DNA from: Thermodesulfobacteriota bacterium
GTDB lineage: Bacteria > Desulfobacterota > Binatia > Bin18
DNA length: 64,000 nucleotides
Assembly: GCA_964291405.2 (NCBI GenBank)
Contig: OZ219926.1
Coordinates: 3,264,001 to 3,328,000 of the forward strand
Direction: 5' to 3'
The position numbers and the translations under genes were made by a program. Numbering within the stretch: position 1 is the stretch's first letter; each line of letters starts with the position of its first letter. Below, piece by piece: positions 49,036 to 58,954 of this stretch. Under the pieces are notes generated by a model. That model was not told the DNA's origin. It ran no database searches and saw nothing but the letters and a program-made list of their open reading frames with translations.

Positions 49036-50754
49036 CTACATTGCTTCCAGGGTTTCAATTCCGAGCAGGTCCAAGCCTGTCTTCAAATACCGGGCCGTGA
49101 GGTCGCATAATAACAGGCGCGTTGGCTGCCGGTCCTGCGGGGCCTTGAGCACGGAATATGCCTGGTAGAAAAGATTAAACTGTGTGGCCAATTCGTACAA
49201 GAAGTTGGCCAAGAGGTTTGGCTTGTATGAGCGCTCAACCTCAATCAGGACATCGCCAAAGCGGAGCATCTGTTTGGCCAGGGCCTGCTCTTCCGGTGCT
49301 AGCAGTCGGACCGGCATATCTGGAGTCGGCTGCCAGTCAGTAAAACCACCTTTGCGAAAAATCGAACGAATCCGCGCATAGGCATATTGCAGATACGGCG
49401 CGGTATTGCCGTCCAAGGCGAGCAACTTATCCCAACTGAAGCGGTAATCCGCGGTACGATTTTGCATCAGGTCGGCGTATTTGACCGCGCCAATCCCGAC
49501 GATGCGCGCCACAGTAGCCTGTTCTGCGGCTGATAGACTCGGATTTTTTTCCTGGACAATTGCCCGCGCGCGCTCCTCGGCTTCGTCCAGTAGGGCGGCG
49601 AGTTTGATGGGCTGGCCCTCACGGGTTTTGATTGGCTTACCGTCCACTCCCAGGATGGTGCCGAACCAGACATGTTCCAGGGCCATGCTATGTCCCCAGC
49701 TTTGGGCTGCGACAAAGAGTTGCCGAAAATGAAGCTGCTGGCGGCCGTCCGTTACATAGATGATACGGTTTGGTTGAAAGGTCTCGGCCCGGTATTGAAT
49801 CGTTGCCAGGTCAGTCGTGGCATACAGGAAGGCGCCGTCTTGTTTTTGAATCAGGAACGGAGTTTCCGCCAGCTCGGTGTCCTCGTCGTAGAAGATGCAG
49901 ATAGCGCCCTCGCTTGGCCGAGCTAGCTTCTTCTCGCGCAGTTCTTGGACGACATTGGCGAGCATCGGATTGTAAAAGCTCTCTCCGAGCCAGTGATCGA
50001 AGTGCACGTTCAGGCGCGCATAGATGCGCTCGAAGGCTTGGCGTGAGACCTGCATGAATTCGTTCCACAGCGCGGTATTGGCCTCGTCTCCCTGCTGAAG
50101 TTTAGCCAACTCTTCGCGTGCCTGGTCGGCTAGGGCTGCATCCGTTGTGGCTCTGGCCTGGACCTCTTTGTAGATGCGCTCCATTTCGGCCAGGGGGTCC
50201 CGCTCATACGCCGCTTGGTCAAGAAAAGAACGATAGCCGACAATCAACATGCCAAACTGTGTGCCCCAGTCGCCCAGATGATTGTCCGTCTCCACCGTGT
50301 GTCCGCGAAAACGCAACACACGGGTGAGCGCGTCGCCCAGGATGGTGGAACGAATATGACCAACGTGCATGGATTTGGCCACGTTGGGGGCGCTGAAGTC
50401 GATGACTATGGTTTCCGGGCTGGCAGCCGGGTCAACACCGAGCTGGTCGTCTTGGGCGATAGCCAGCAGGGTCTGCCCCAGCCAGTCTGGGTCAAGACGA
50501 AAATTGATAAAGCCCGGTCCGGCAATCTCCCAGCTTGCGGGGATCTCGTCGGGGTTAAGCTGGGCCACAACAGCCTCGGCTAATTGGCGTGGATTTTGTT
50601 TATGCGCTTTGGCAACCGCCATGATGCCGTTGGCCTGATAGTCGCCGAATTTTGGGTTGGCAGCAGGCTTGACAATCGCCGGAGCGGTCGTCCCACTGGC
50701 TGCCTCAATGGCTCGTGTCGTCTTTTCTTCCAAGAATTGTTGTACTGTTGGCAT
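49036..50754 (-). CDS. argS: Arginyl-tRNA synthetase
   Basis: FGDYQAN, AGPGFIN, SAPNVAKSMHVGHIRST, HLGDWGTQFG, GNTAPYLQYAYARI, LLGI...E.M. Confidence 0.96.
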   Translation of the reverse strand: MPTVQQFLEEKTTRAIEAASGTTAPAIVKPAANPKFGDYQANGIMAVAKAHKQNPRQLAEAVVAQLNPDEIPASWEIAGPGFINFRLDPDWLGQTLLAIAQDDQLGVDPAASPETIVIDFSAPNVAKSMHVGHIRSTILGDALTRVLRFRGHTVETDNHLGDWGTQFGMLIVGYRSFLDQAAYERDPLAEMERIYKEVQARATTDAALADQAREELAKLQQGDEANTALWNEFMQVSRQAFERIYARLNVHFDHWLGESFYNPMLANVVQELREKKLARPSEGAICIFYDEDTELAETPFLIQKQDGAFLYATTDLATIQYRAETFQPNRIIYVTDGRQQLHFRQLFVAAQSWGHSMALEHVWFGTILGVDGKPIKTREGQPIKLAALLDEAEERARAIVQEKNPSLSAAEQATVARIVGIGAVKYADLMQNRTADYRFSWDKLLALDGNTAPYLQYAYARIRSIFRKGGFTDWQPTPDMPVRLLAPEEQALAKQMLRFGDVLIEVERSYKPNLLANFLYELATQFNLFYQAYSVLKAPQDRQPTRLLLCDLTARYLKTGLDLLGIETLEAM

Positions 50755-50901
50755 AATAGTAGGGGTTGGGGGTTAGGGACACTCGTTCCTTCCTTTGACT
50801 TGTGCCATGATTTTTGAAAATAACCTACCACCCGGCATACATAGCAGAAGATTGGAGCGAACGAAGCGCCGGACAGTGGCATGTGGTGAGGGCGAACAGG
50901 G

Positions 50902-52050
50902 ATGGAACACAGAGCGGACCAGGGGACGGCTCAGACCGACTGGGGAGACTGGATCGCCCTTCGTCTGGTACGGGGAGTCGGAAACGTGACCTACCGACAG
51001 TTGCTGGACCGTTTTGTGTCCCCGCGTGAGATCTTGCGGACATCGCCGGCCATACTTACTGAGGCGGGTATCAGCGCTCGTATTGCCCAGGAGATTACCG
51101 CGTTTGACCAATGGAAAGAGGTCGAAGCCGAATTGGAGCAACTGGCACGGCTGAATGCCTGTTTAGTCACTCAGACAGATGCCGAATATCCAGAACGCCT
51201 CAGACAGATTCACGACCCTCCACCCTTCCTCTACACCCGGGGGCGTTTTACGTCTCAAGATGACCTGGCCATTGCCATAGTCGGAGCGCGGACTGCGAGT
51301 CCGTACGGGCGTAAGATGGCCCAAGAACTAGCCCATGAATTGGCCGGGTGTGGGGTCTGCGTAGTGAGTGGTCTGGCGCGTGGGATCGATTCTGAGGCGC
51401 ATCAAGCCGTCCTCGAAGCCGGAGGGAGAACGATCGCGGTTTTGGGCTCGGGGCTTGACGTGGTGTATCCACGCGAGCATATAGCCTTGGCAGAGCAGAT
51501 TGCGGAAAGTGGGGCGGTGGTATCGGAGTTTTCCTTTGGCAGCCAACCTGAGGCCGGGAATTTTCCATACCGAAACCGGGTCATCAGCGGCATCAGTCTG
51601 GGGACGGTGGTGGTGGAAGCAACGGAAAAGAGCGGCTCGCTTATTACCGCCCAATGCGCGCTTGACCAGAACCGCGAGGTGTTTGCCGTGCCCGGTCCAG
51701 TTACGGCGAGTCGAAGCCGGGGACCGCATCGCCTGATTAAGGATGGCGCAAAGCTTGTCGAAAGTATTGATGATATACTGAGTGAGATTGCCCCGGCTCT
51801 GGCGCGGACGGACCGGGCTGAGAAAAACGAGACCAGCGTCCCGGTTGTTCCCTTGGAGCCGGATGAGGAGAGGTTGTTTCAATTGTTTCCAGAGGAGGCG
51901 GTGCATGTGGATACCCTCATCACTGGCAGTGGACTTGAGCCAGCGCGTGTGCTTGAAGTCCTACTTGGATTGGAATTAAAGGGCATCGTGACCCAACTGC
52001 CCGGCATGTATTTCACCGCCACCAGAGGAAACCAGAGAGGGGGGAGGTAG
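50902..52050 (+). CDS. dprA: DNA processing protein DprA
   Basis: [44 protein letters not shown]. Confidence 0.95.
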   Translation: MEHRADQGTAQTDWGDWIALRLVRGVGNVTYRQLLDRFVSPREILRTSPAILTEAGISARIAQEITAFDQWKEVEAELEQLARLNACLVTQTDAEYPERLRQIHDPPPFLYTRGRFTSQDDLAIAIVGARTASPYGRKMAQELAHELAGCGVCVVSGLARGIDSEAHQAVLEAGGRTIAVLGSGLDVVYPREHIALAEQIAESGAVVSEFSFGSQPEAGNFPYRNRVISGISLGTVVVEATEKSGSLITAQCALDQNREVFAVPGPVTASRSRGPHRLIKDGAKLVESIDDILSEIAPALARTDRAEKNETSVPVVPLEPDEERLFQLFPEEAVHVDTLITGSGLEPARVLEVLLGLELKGIVTQLPGMYFTATRGNQRGGR

Positions 52051-52052
52051 GT

Positions 52053-54716
52053 ATGGCCAAAAACCTCGTCATAGTCGAATCGCCGGCCAAAGCCCGGACG
52101 ATCAACCGCTATTTGGGCCGTGACTATATTGTGAAGTCCAGTGTCGGCCATGTGCGCGACTTGCCGACCGGCGGCAAGTCCGAGCGTGGGACGGCCACTG
52201 CGCGCAAGCGCGCAAAGAAGACGCAAAAGGCCACCGGCCGGAAGAACGCACGCATCAAACTGATCTCGCGTATGGGTGTCGATCCCGACAATAACTGGAC
52301 GGCAAGCTACGAAGTGCTACCCGGCAAGGAGAAAGTCGTTGCCGATCTGAAGAAACTGGCGCACAACGCGGACGCCGTATATCTGGCAACCGACCGTGAC
52401 CGCGAGGGCGAGGCAATCGCCTGGCATTTGAAGCAACTCATCGGCGGGACGCCCGAGCGCTTTCGTCGGGTAGTCTTTAACGAAATTACCAAAAGTGCCA
52501 TTCAAGACGCGTTTGAGCGCCCCGGCGAAATTGACGAAAATCGAGTCAACGCGCAACAGGCGCGGCGCTTTCTCGACCGTGTCGTTGGCTTTGAGCTGTC
52601 GCCCCTGCTGTGGGCCAAGGTGGCGCGTGGTCTGTCGGCCGGTCGGGTGCAATCGGTCGCGGTACGGCTCATTGTGGAACGCGAACGGGAGATTCGCGCC
52701 TTTGTGCCCGAGGAATACTGGGAGGTCTTTGCCGAGTTGGCGAAAGGCGTCGACGAGCCGGGGTATCGCTTCCAGGTCATAAAGGAGAACGGCGAGGACT
52801 TTCGTCCGGGGACGAGTGAACAGGCCGAAGCTGCGGTCGCTCGCCTCGCTACCCAGGATTTTTGCATCATCAGTCGTGAGGACAAGCCAACCCAGGCCCG
52901 TCCCAATGCCCCCTTCATCACGTCTACGCTGCAGCAGTCGGCGGCCACTCGACTGAGCTTTGGGGTACGGAAGACTATGCGGCTGGCACAGCAACTGTAT
53001 GAGGCTGGCCATATTACGTATATGCGGACCGACTCGACCAACCTCTCGCGCGAATCCGTGACCAAGGCGCGGACCTATATTGAGCGCGAGTATGGGCCGC
53101 GCTACCTGCCGGACAAGCCGAACGTCTACGCCAGCAAGGCATCCGCCCAAGAGGCGCATGAGGCGATTCGGCCAACCGACCTGACAGTCGAACCGACTAC
53201 CCTCGGCAACCAGGACGTGGATGCCCGGCGGCTCTACGACCTCATCCGTCGCCAGTTCATTGCCTGTCAGATGACGCGAGCCGAATACCTCAGCACCACC
53301 ATCATCGCTGAGGCCGGACCGTTCGAGTTGCGTATCCGTGGCCGCATTCTCAAGTTTGACGGCTTCACCAAGGTGTTACCGCCTGCCTCGCGGAAGGAAG
53401 ACGAGGTGGAACTGCCCGACTTCGGCCAAGGCGACGGGCTGGTCTGCCTCGACACCGATACCGTGCAGCATTTTACCAAGCCCCCTGCCCGCTATAGCGA
53501 AGCGAGTCTGGTGCGTGAGCTTGAGAAGCGCGGCATCGGTCGGCCATCTACCTACGCCGCTATCATCTCCACCATCCAGGAACGTGGCTATGTCAGCCTC
53601 AACAAACGGCGCTTTCAGGCGGAGAAGATCGGCGAACTGGTGACCGACCGGCTGGTAGAGAACTTCAGCCACCTGCTCAATTATTCGTTTACCGCAGACA
53701 TGGAGCAGGAACTCGATCAGATCGCTCTGGGAGAGCGAGAGTGGCGCAGCGTGCTGGACGCCTTCTACGAGGATTTTTCTCAGCGGCTCCAAACCGCTGG
53801 GGCCGCGGAAGGTATGCGGCCGAATCAGCCCATCACGACAGCGGTCAGGTGCGATGCCTGCGAGCGTCCGATGCAGGTACGTACGGCCAGCACCGGGATG
53901 TTTCTGGGATGTTCGGGATACGCGCTGCCTCCGGCTGAGCGCTGTACGCGCACCATGAATCTCGTACCCGGAGAGGAAGCGGTTGACACTGACGCGGATG
54001 AAGAGGGGGAAAGTCGGCGACTGCGGGCCAAGCGGCGCTGCCCCTCCTGCGACTCCGCCATGGATTCCTATCTGATCGACGAAACGCGTAAGCTGCATCT
54101 GTGTGGCAACGGTCCGGACTGCGATGGGAACCAAATAGAGTCGGGCGAGTTTCGTCTCAAGGGTTACGACGGGCCAGTATTGGAGTGCGAGAAATGCGGC
54201 GCTGAAATGCAACTGCAAAGCGGCCGGTTTGGTAAATACTTCCGGTGCGCGAACAGTACGTGTGGCAACACGCGCAAGCTGCTACGCAACGGTCAGCCCG
54301 CTCCGTCGCGGGCCGACCCCGTACCCATGCCCGAACTCAGGTGTCGGACAGTGGACGATCACTACGTACTGCGCGATGGAGCGGCCGGCATTTTTCTGGC
54401 CGCCAGCCAGTTCCCTAGGAACCGCGAGACGCGGGCTCCTCTGGTTGCTGAGCTGAGGCCCCACGCCGACGAGTTAGACCCTAAGTTTCACTTTTTGTTA
54501 AGCGCCCCCGAGGCAGACCCGCAGGGGAATCCAGCCGTGATCAGATTTTCGCGCAAGAGTCGCGAGCAATATGTGGCGTCCGAGGTGAATGACAAGGCCA
54601 CCGGCTGGAGCGCACACTACCGGAATGGCAGCTGGGAAGTGCGGGAGCGCACGCGGACGAAACGCCCGCGTGCAACCAGGGCCCAGACGCCTGATACTTT
54701 ATCCCAGGTCGCGTGA
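52053..54716 (+). CDS. topA: DNA topoisomerase I (type IA)
   Basis: [49 protein letters not shown]-terminal Zn ribbons. Confidence 0.97.
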   Translation: MAKNLVIVESPAKARTINRYLGRDYIVKSSVGHVRDLPTGGKSERGTATARKRAKKTQKATGRKNARIKLISRMGVDPDNNWTASYEVLPGKEKVVADLKKLAHNADAVYLATDRDREGEAIAWHLKQLIGGTPERFRRVVFNEITKSAIQDAFERPGEIDENRVNAQQARRFLDRVVGFELSPLLWAKVARGLSAGRVQSVAVRLIVEREREIRAFVPEEYWEVFAELAKGVDEPGYRFQVIKENGEDFRPGTSEQAEAAVARLATQDFCIISREDKPTQARPNAPFITSTLQQSAATRLSFGVRKTMRLAQQLYEAGHITYMRTDSTNLSRESVTKARTYIEREYGPRYLPDKPNVYASKASAQEAHEAIRPTDLTVEPTTLGNQDVDARRLYDLIRRQFIACQMTRAEYLSTTIIAEAGPFELRIRGRILKFDGFTKVLPPASRKEDEVELPDFGQGDGLVCLDTDTVQHFTKPPARYSEASLVRELEKRGIGRPSTYAAIISTIQERGYVSLNKRRFQAEKIGELVTDRLVENFSHLLNYSFTADMEQELDQIALGEREWRSVLDAFYEDFSQRLQTAGAAEGMRPNQPITTAVRCDACERPMQVRTASTGMFLGCSGYALPPAERCTRTMNLVPGEEAVDTDADEEGESRRLRAKRRCPSCDSAMDSYLIDETRKLHLCGNGPDCDGNQIESGEFRLKGYDGPVLECEKCGAEMQLQSGRFGKYFRCANSTCGNTRKLLRNGQPAPSRADPVPMPELRCRTVDDHYVLRDGAAGIFLAASQFPRNRETRAPLVAELRPHADELDPKFHFLLSAPEADPQGNPAVIRFSRKSREQYVASEVNDKATGWSAHYRNGSWEVRERTRTKRPRATRAQTPDTLSQVA

Positions 54717-54737
54717 CCAGGGACCCTGACGAGCGAT

Positions 54738-56045
54738 ATGCAGACGGTTACGGTCATTGGCGGGGGGCTAGCCGGCAGTGAGGCGGCCTGGCAACTCGCC
54801 CACCAAGGCGTCGCTGTCCGTCTGTACGAAATGCGTCCGGTTCGTCCCACCGACGCCCACCACACGGACAAACTGGCCGAACTGGTCTGTTCTAATTCTT
54901 TTCGCAGTGCTGCCCTGGTGGCGGCGGTTGGCCTGCTGAAAGAAGAAATGCGCGGCCTGGGGTCATTAGTGATGGCTGCGGCCGATGTGGCGCGGGTTCC
55001 GGCCGGACAAGCCCTGGCAGTCGACCGCCACGTCTTTGCCCAGTACATCACCGACGCGTTAGCAGACCATCCGCTGGTTGAAGTAGTACGGGAAGAAGTC
55101 CAGGTCATTCCGTCTGGACCGACGGTGATTGCCAGTGGTCCGTTGACCTCACCGGCCCTATCCGAACAACTTCGGACGTTGTTTGGCCGTGAGTACCTGT
55201 ATTTCTACGATGCCATCTCTCCTGTTGTGACAGCCGACTCAATAGATGCGCGCGTGGCATTTCGGGCCTCGCGCTACAATCACGGCGGCGATGATTATCT
55301 CAACTGCCCTCTCTCGCAGACAGAGTATTATCAACTCGTTGACGACATTCTGACTGCTGAAAAGGTGCCGGAAAAGGCGTTTGAGCAATGCCGCTACTTC
55401 GAAGGCTGTCTGCCGATTGAGGAGATGGCCCGGCGCGGCAAAGACACCTTGGCCTACGGTCCGATGAAACCGGTCGGCCTGACCGACCCGCGCAGTGGCA
55501 CCCGTCCTCACGCGGTTGTCCAACTGCGGCAGGACGACCGGGCCGGGACGTTATGGGGGCTGGTCGGATTTCAGACTAAGATGACGTATCCCGAGCAGCG
55601 GCGTATTTTCCGCATGATTCCCGGCCTGGCCAACGCGGAGTTCGTTCGCCTCGGCAGCCTGCACCGCAACACCTTCATCGAGTCGCCCCGCCTGCTCAGA
55701 CCGACCTTGCAGTTTCGACAGCGCGACGACCTGTTTTTTGCCGGACAGATGATTGGCGTGGAAGGCTATCTGGAGTCAGCCGCGGCCGGCTGGCTGGCCG
55801 GAAGAAACGCGGGTCTTCAGGTCAAGGGGCAGCCTCTGTTGACGCCCCCCCTCACAACGGCGCTGGGCGCTATGATCGCATACGTCACCGACCCCGAGCG
55901 CAAAGATTTCCAACCCATGAACGTGAACTACGGGCTGTTCCCTGGGCTCTCACGTCGTCTGCGAGGCCGTGAAAAAAAACAGGCTATGGCGGACCGAGCA
56001 CTCTCAGACCTGGCGACTTGGCAGGCCGAGCACGGTCTGTGTTGA
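54738..56045 (+). CDS. trmFO: Folate/FAD-dependent tRNA (m5U54) methyltransferase
   Basis: [49 protein letters not shown]. Confidence 0.96.
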   Translation: MQTVTVIGGGLAGSEAAWQLAHQGVAVRLYEMRPVRPTDAHHTDKLAELVCSNSFRSAALVAAVGLLKEEMRGLGSLVMAAADVARVPAGQALAVDRHVFAQYITDALADHPLVEVVREEVQVIPSGPTVIASGPLTSPALSEQLRTLFGREYLYFYDAISPVVTADSIDARVAFRASRYNHGGDDYLNCPLSQTEYYQLVDDILTAEKVPEKAFEQCRYFEGCLPIEEMARRGKDTLAYGPMKPVGLTDPRSGTRPHAVVQLRQDDRAGTLWGLVGFQTKMTYPEQRRIFRMIPGLANAEFVRLGSLHRNTFIESPRLLRPTLQFRQRDDLFFAGQMIGVEGYLESAAAGWLAGRNAGLQVKGQPLLTPPLTTALGAMIAYVTDPERKDFQPMNVNYGLFPGLSRRLRGREKKQAMADRALSDLATWQAEHGLC

Positions 56046-56201
56046 GCATGTCACCAAAGGGAATACCCAATGTGCGGCACGATCCTTATGCCGTGAGAAT
56101 GCTGCTGCCCGTATGAGAGCGCTCCTTCCGACCGTCACCCCTGCATTTCCGTTTCTGATCCTGCTAGGCTGTCCGGCAGTCTGGTGCGGAAAGGACGCTG
56201 T

Positions 56202-57368
56202 ATGGATTTTGAACTGCCCGAAGAATACCGCATGTTGCAGGAGACGGTGCGCCGTTTCGTGCGTCAGGAACTGATACCGCTGGAGACAACGGTCCTGGAG
56301 CGCGATACGCAGGGCATGACCGGTGAAGACCTGGTGCCGCCCGAGGCTGAAGAACGTTTGCTGGCAGTTGCCCAGGAAGCCGGTCTGTGGGGGCTGGACG
56401 TACCCGAGGAATTTGGCGGGTTGAACCTGGGGGCGTTGCCGAAATGCCTGGCGACCGAGGAACTGTATAAGACCGTTACGCCGTTTACCTTTCCGCCCGA
56501 TGCGCCCAATCTGCACATGCTGATGCAAACCTGCACGCCCGAGCAGCGAGAGAAATACCTCCTCCCGTATGCGCAGGGCAAGGCGCATTCGGCTATTGCC
56601 ATTTCCGAACCTGGAGCTGGCTCAGACCCAGCCGGGATGCAGACCTCAGCCGTGAAAAAAGGGGACCAGTGGGTAATAAACGGTCGGAAGATTTGGATCT
56701 CACGCGCCCATGTCGCCGACTTCATCATTGTCATGGCAGTGACGGAGAAGGGCAAAGGTGCCCGTGGTGGGATTACGGCCTTCCTGGTGGATAAGGGTAC
56801 CCCCGGTCTGGTGCTGCAACGCCAGATTCCGGTCATTGGCGGACATGCGCCCTGGGAGTTGGTGTTTGAAGACCTGACCCTCCCGGATTCCCAGGTTCTG
56901 GGCGAAGTCGGACAGGGCTTTGCGCCCATGCAACTCCGCCTGACCGTCCGACGCCTGGAGATGGGAAGTTGGTGTGTGGGTCTGGCGCAGCGCTGCCTGG
57001 ATATGATGGTCGAGTATGCCAAACAGCGGGTGACCTTTGGCCAGAAGCTGGCCGACCGCCAGGCCATTCAGTGGTTCATCGCCGACTCGGCAACCGATAT
57101 TCATGCCTCACGGCTGATGGTGCATCACGGGGCCTGGAAATTTGACCAGGGAGACGATGTCCGCCAGGAAGCCTCCATGTTGAAAGTCTTTGCCACGGAA
57201 ATGGCCACCCGGGTGGCCGACCGGGCCATGCAGATGCACGGCGGTATGGGCATGTCCAAGGAAATGCCGCTTGAGTTTATCTATCGTCGCCTGCGACCCA
57301 TGCGAATTTTTGAAGGTCCAACAGAGATTCATCGTTGGGTGATTGCCCGGAAACTGCTCAGAGACTAG
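56202..57368 (+). CDS. Acyl-CoA dehydrogenase
   Basis: ISEPGAGSD, INGRKIWIS, R.TFG..LA.RQAIQ, QMHGGMG, RIFEGPTEIHR. Confidence 0.93.
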   Translation: MDFELPEEYRMLQETVRRFVRQELIPLETTVLERDTQGMTGEDLVPPEAEERLLAVAQEAGLWGLDVPEEFGGLNLGALPKCLATEELYKTVTPFTFPPDAPNLHMLMQTCTPEQREKYLLPYAQGKAHSAIAISEPGAGSDPAGMQTSAVKKGDQWVINGRKIWISRAHVADFIIVMAVTEKGKGARGGITAFLVDKGTPGLVLQRQIPVIGGHAPWELVFEDLTLPDSQVLGEVGQGFAPMQLRLTVRRLEMGSWCVGLAQRCLDMMVEYAKQRVTFGQKLADRQAIQWFIADSATDIHASRLMVHHGAWKFDQGDDVRQEASMLKVFATEMATRVADRAMQMHGGMGMSKEMPLEFIYRRLRPMRIFEGPTEIHRWVIARKLLRD

Positions 57369-57446
57369 AACGGAGAACCAGTGCGAGGCTTGCGCCCGCA
57401 CTGGGAGCATTCTATGCTACTCGCCAGTCTGCGGGCGATACGACAA

Positions 57447-57500
57447 GATGAGTAAACGCGCCCTCCAACAGACACAACAATGTTGGCGCGTTTACCCATT
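57447..57500 (+). repeat. 54-bp hairpin repeat family A, diverged copy 4
   Basis: GATGAGTAAACGCGCCC-TCCAACAGACACAACAATGT-TGGCGCGTTTACCCATT; same length, stem rewritten but still paired. Confidence 0.78.
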
Positions 57501-57514
57501 CAAGGGGGAGCAAC

Positions 57515-57967
57515 GTGCGTACACAATTTTGGTGGTTCGGTGTTGGGCTGATTTTTCTTACGGGCTGTTTTATGCGCCCGGCAAAACCTGTTGCCATTGA
57601 AGAACGCATTGCCCCCATCTACCCGGAAGCGCGTCCTATCGATTGCCCGGTGCGTATGCTGACCTCTCCCCCGGCCCAGCCGTATGACGTCTTCGCCCAT
57701 ATTGTTTCCTATGGGAACGAGATTGACGGGCTGGAAAGCATGAACGCCCTGATCCGCGATAAAGCCTGTGAGGTGGGAGCCGATGCCGTCGTGTTACTGC
57801 CCCCCCAGCAAGTCGCGCATATGAATATCGAAGACTCCTTCCCAGACTGGGTACAACAACAGAAACAAGGTCAGTTCGGGCGCTACGCCCAATCCGCGGA
57901 TCGGAAATTTTCATTGGCTCGACGCGGCTTTGCGGTGGTATTCAAAAGAGACGGGACCACGCACTGA
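57515..57967 (+). CDS. Hypothetical lipoprotein
   Basis: Lipobox FLTGC; IRDKACEVGADAVV (YbjQ-like) motif; GGGGGAG SD before GTG. Confidence 0.78.
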   Translation: MRTQFWWFGVGLIFLTGCFMRPAKPVAIEERIAPIYPEARPIDCPVRMLTSPPAQPYDVFAHIVSYGNEIDGLESMNALIRDKACEVGADAVVLLPPQQVAHMNIEDSFPDWVQQQKQGQFGRYAQSADRKFSLARRGFAVVFKRDGTTH

Positions 57968-57971
57968 CCCG

Positions 57972-58025
57972 AAAGAGTAAATGTGTCCTCCAACAGCATG
58001 GAGATGCTGGATACGTTTACTCTTT
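57972..58025 (+). repeat. 54-bp hairpin repeat family A, copy 5
   Basis: AAAGAGTAAATGTGTCC-TCCAACAGCATGGAGATGCT-GGATACGTTTACTCTTT. Confidence 0.92.
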
Positions 58026-58042
58026 ATACCAGCCCGTTCTCT

Positions 58043-58954
58043 CTACGGGCTGTGCAGACGATAGGCATCAATATCAATCTCTTCTACCCCCGCGGGCGTA
58101 TCCAAGCGAAAGAGCGCCGCGGACGGGATAGGACCGACCGAGACTTCCTGATAGGTGAGTGAGACCTGTTGGGCTCCCTGCGCATCGGACAGGCTGATGA
58201 CAAACGGAAAAGACATGCCTTGCACCGGTCGATAGTCACCCAACTCGCCCTGAGCTTGGAGCGTACCGGTCGCGTCCCTGACTGCCCAGCCTGTGAGGCG
58301 CTTTGTTGCCGAGTCGAACCGCAGCGTTGTCAGGCTCCCATTCGAGCGCTGAAAATCGAGCCGGTAGGCACCGGTCGGCTCACGGCGCACCGGCGCGACC
58401 ATAGCTTCCACCGGAAAAGGTGGAAAGCCCATCAGCAGGCGCGTGATCTCGCGCGCCGAGAGTAGCACCTGGGTCAAACGGGCAATATTGAACGGGCTGG
58501 CAACTCCTCGGTAGAGGACCTTATCGCGCGGCAGATAGGCGGCTAGTTGTTGCCCATCACAGGTATGAATAGCGGCCACACCAAGGAGTGAGAATAGCTC
58601 AAGGCGAAAGCGGTCAGGAGTAGCAAGCGCAACGGCTTGCGTCGCAGAACCCTTTTCGTGGGCGTCCCGGTACGAGACCTTAGCCAGCCCGCGGAGGCCG
58701 GCGATGGTCTGCTGCCGGGCATGAAGCGGTGCCAGGAGTTCTTGGGCAGACGGGAGGGAGGCTGGAGGGAGAGGTGGGGAAGGGCGGCGAGCCGTACAGC
58801 CGCTTCCCCAGATGATGAGACCAGCAAGAACCACGAGCCAGGATAACGAGAGAGACGGGTGCCGCTGCCGTTGTCCTGCACGGGGGAGTGGAAAAGAAGG
58901 GAGAGTCGTGCGCCGGGGAGACCGGCCTGAAACGCTGCCGCTACTGGAGCTCAC
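58043..58954 (-). CDS. LolB-like / DUF4292-like outer-membrane lipoprotein
   Basis: Hydrophobic segment ending GSGC; PDRFRLELFSLLG motif; overlaps the TPR gene stop; start uncertain. Confidence 0.68.
   Translation of the reverse strand: MSSSSGSVSGRSPRRTTLPSFPLPRAGQRQRHPSLSLSWLVVLAGLIIWGSGCTARRPSPPLPPASLPSAQELLAPLHARQQTIAGLRGLAKVSYRDAHEKGSATQAVALATPDRFRLELFSLLGVAAIHTCDGQQLAAYLPRDKVLYRGVASPFNIARLTQVLLSAREITRLLMGFPPFPVEAMVAPVRREPTGAYRLDFQRSNGSLTTLRFDSATKRLTGWAVRDATGTLQAQGELGDYRPVQGMSFPFVISLSDAQGAQQVSLTYQEVSVGPIPSAALFRLDTPAGVEEIDIDAYRLHSP

Noticed and set aside
50760-50782. TAGGGGTTGGGGGTTAGGGAC as a tandem repeat or G-quadruplex
   Set aside because: Only three imperfect units and three G-runs
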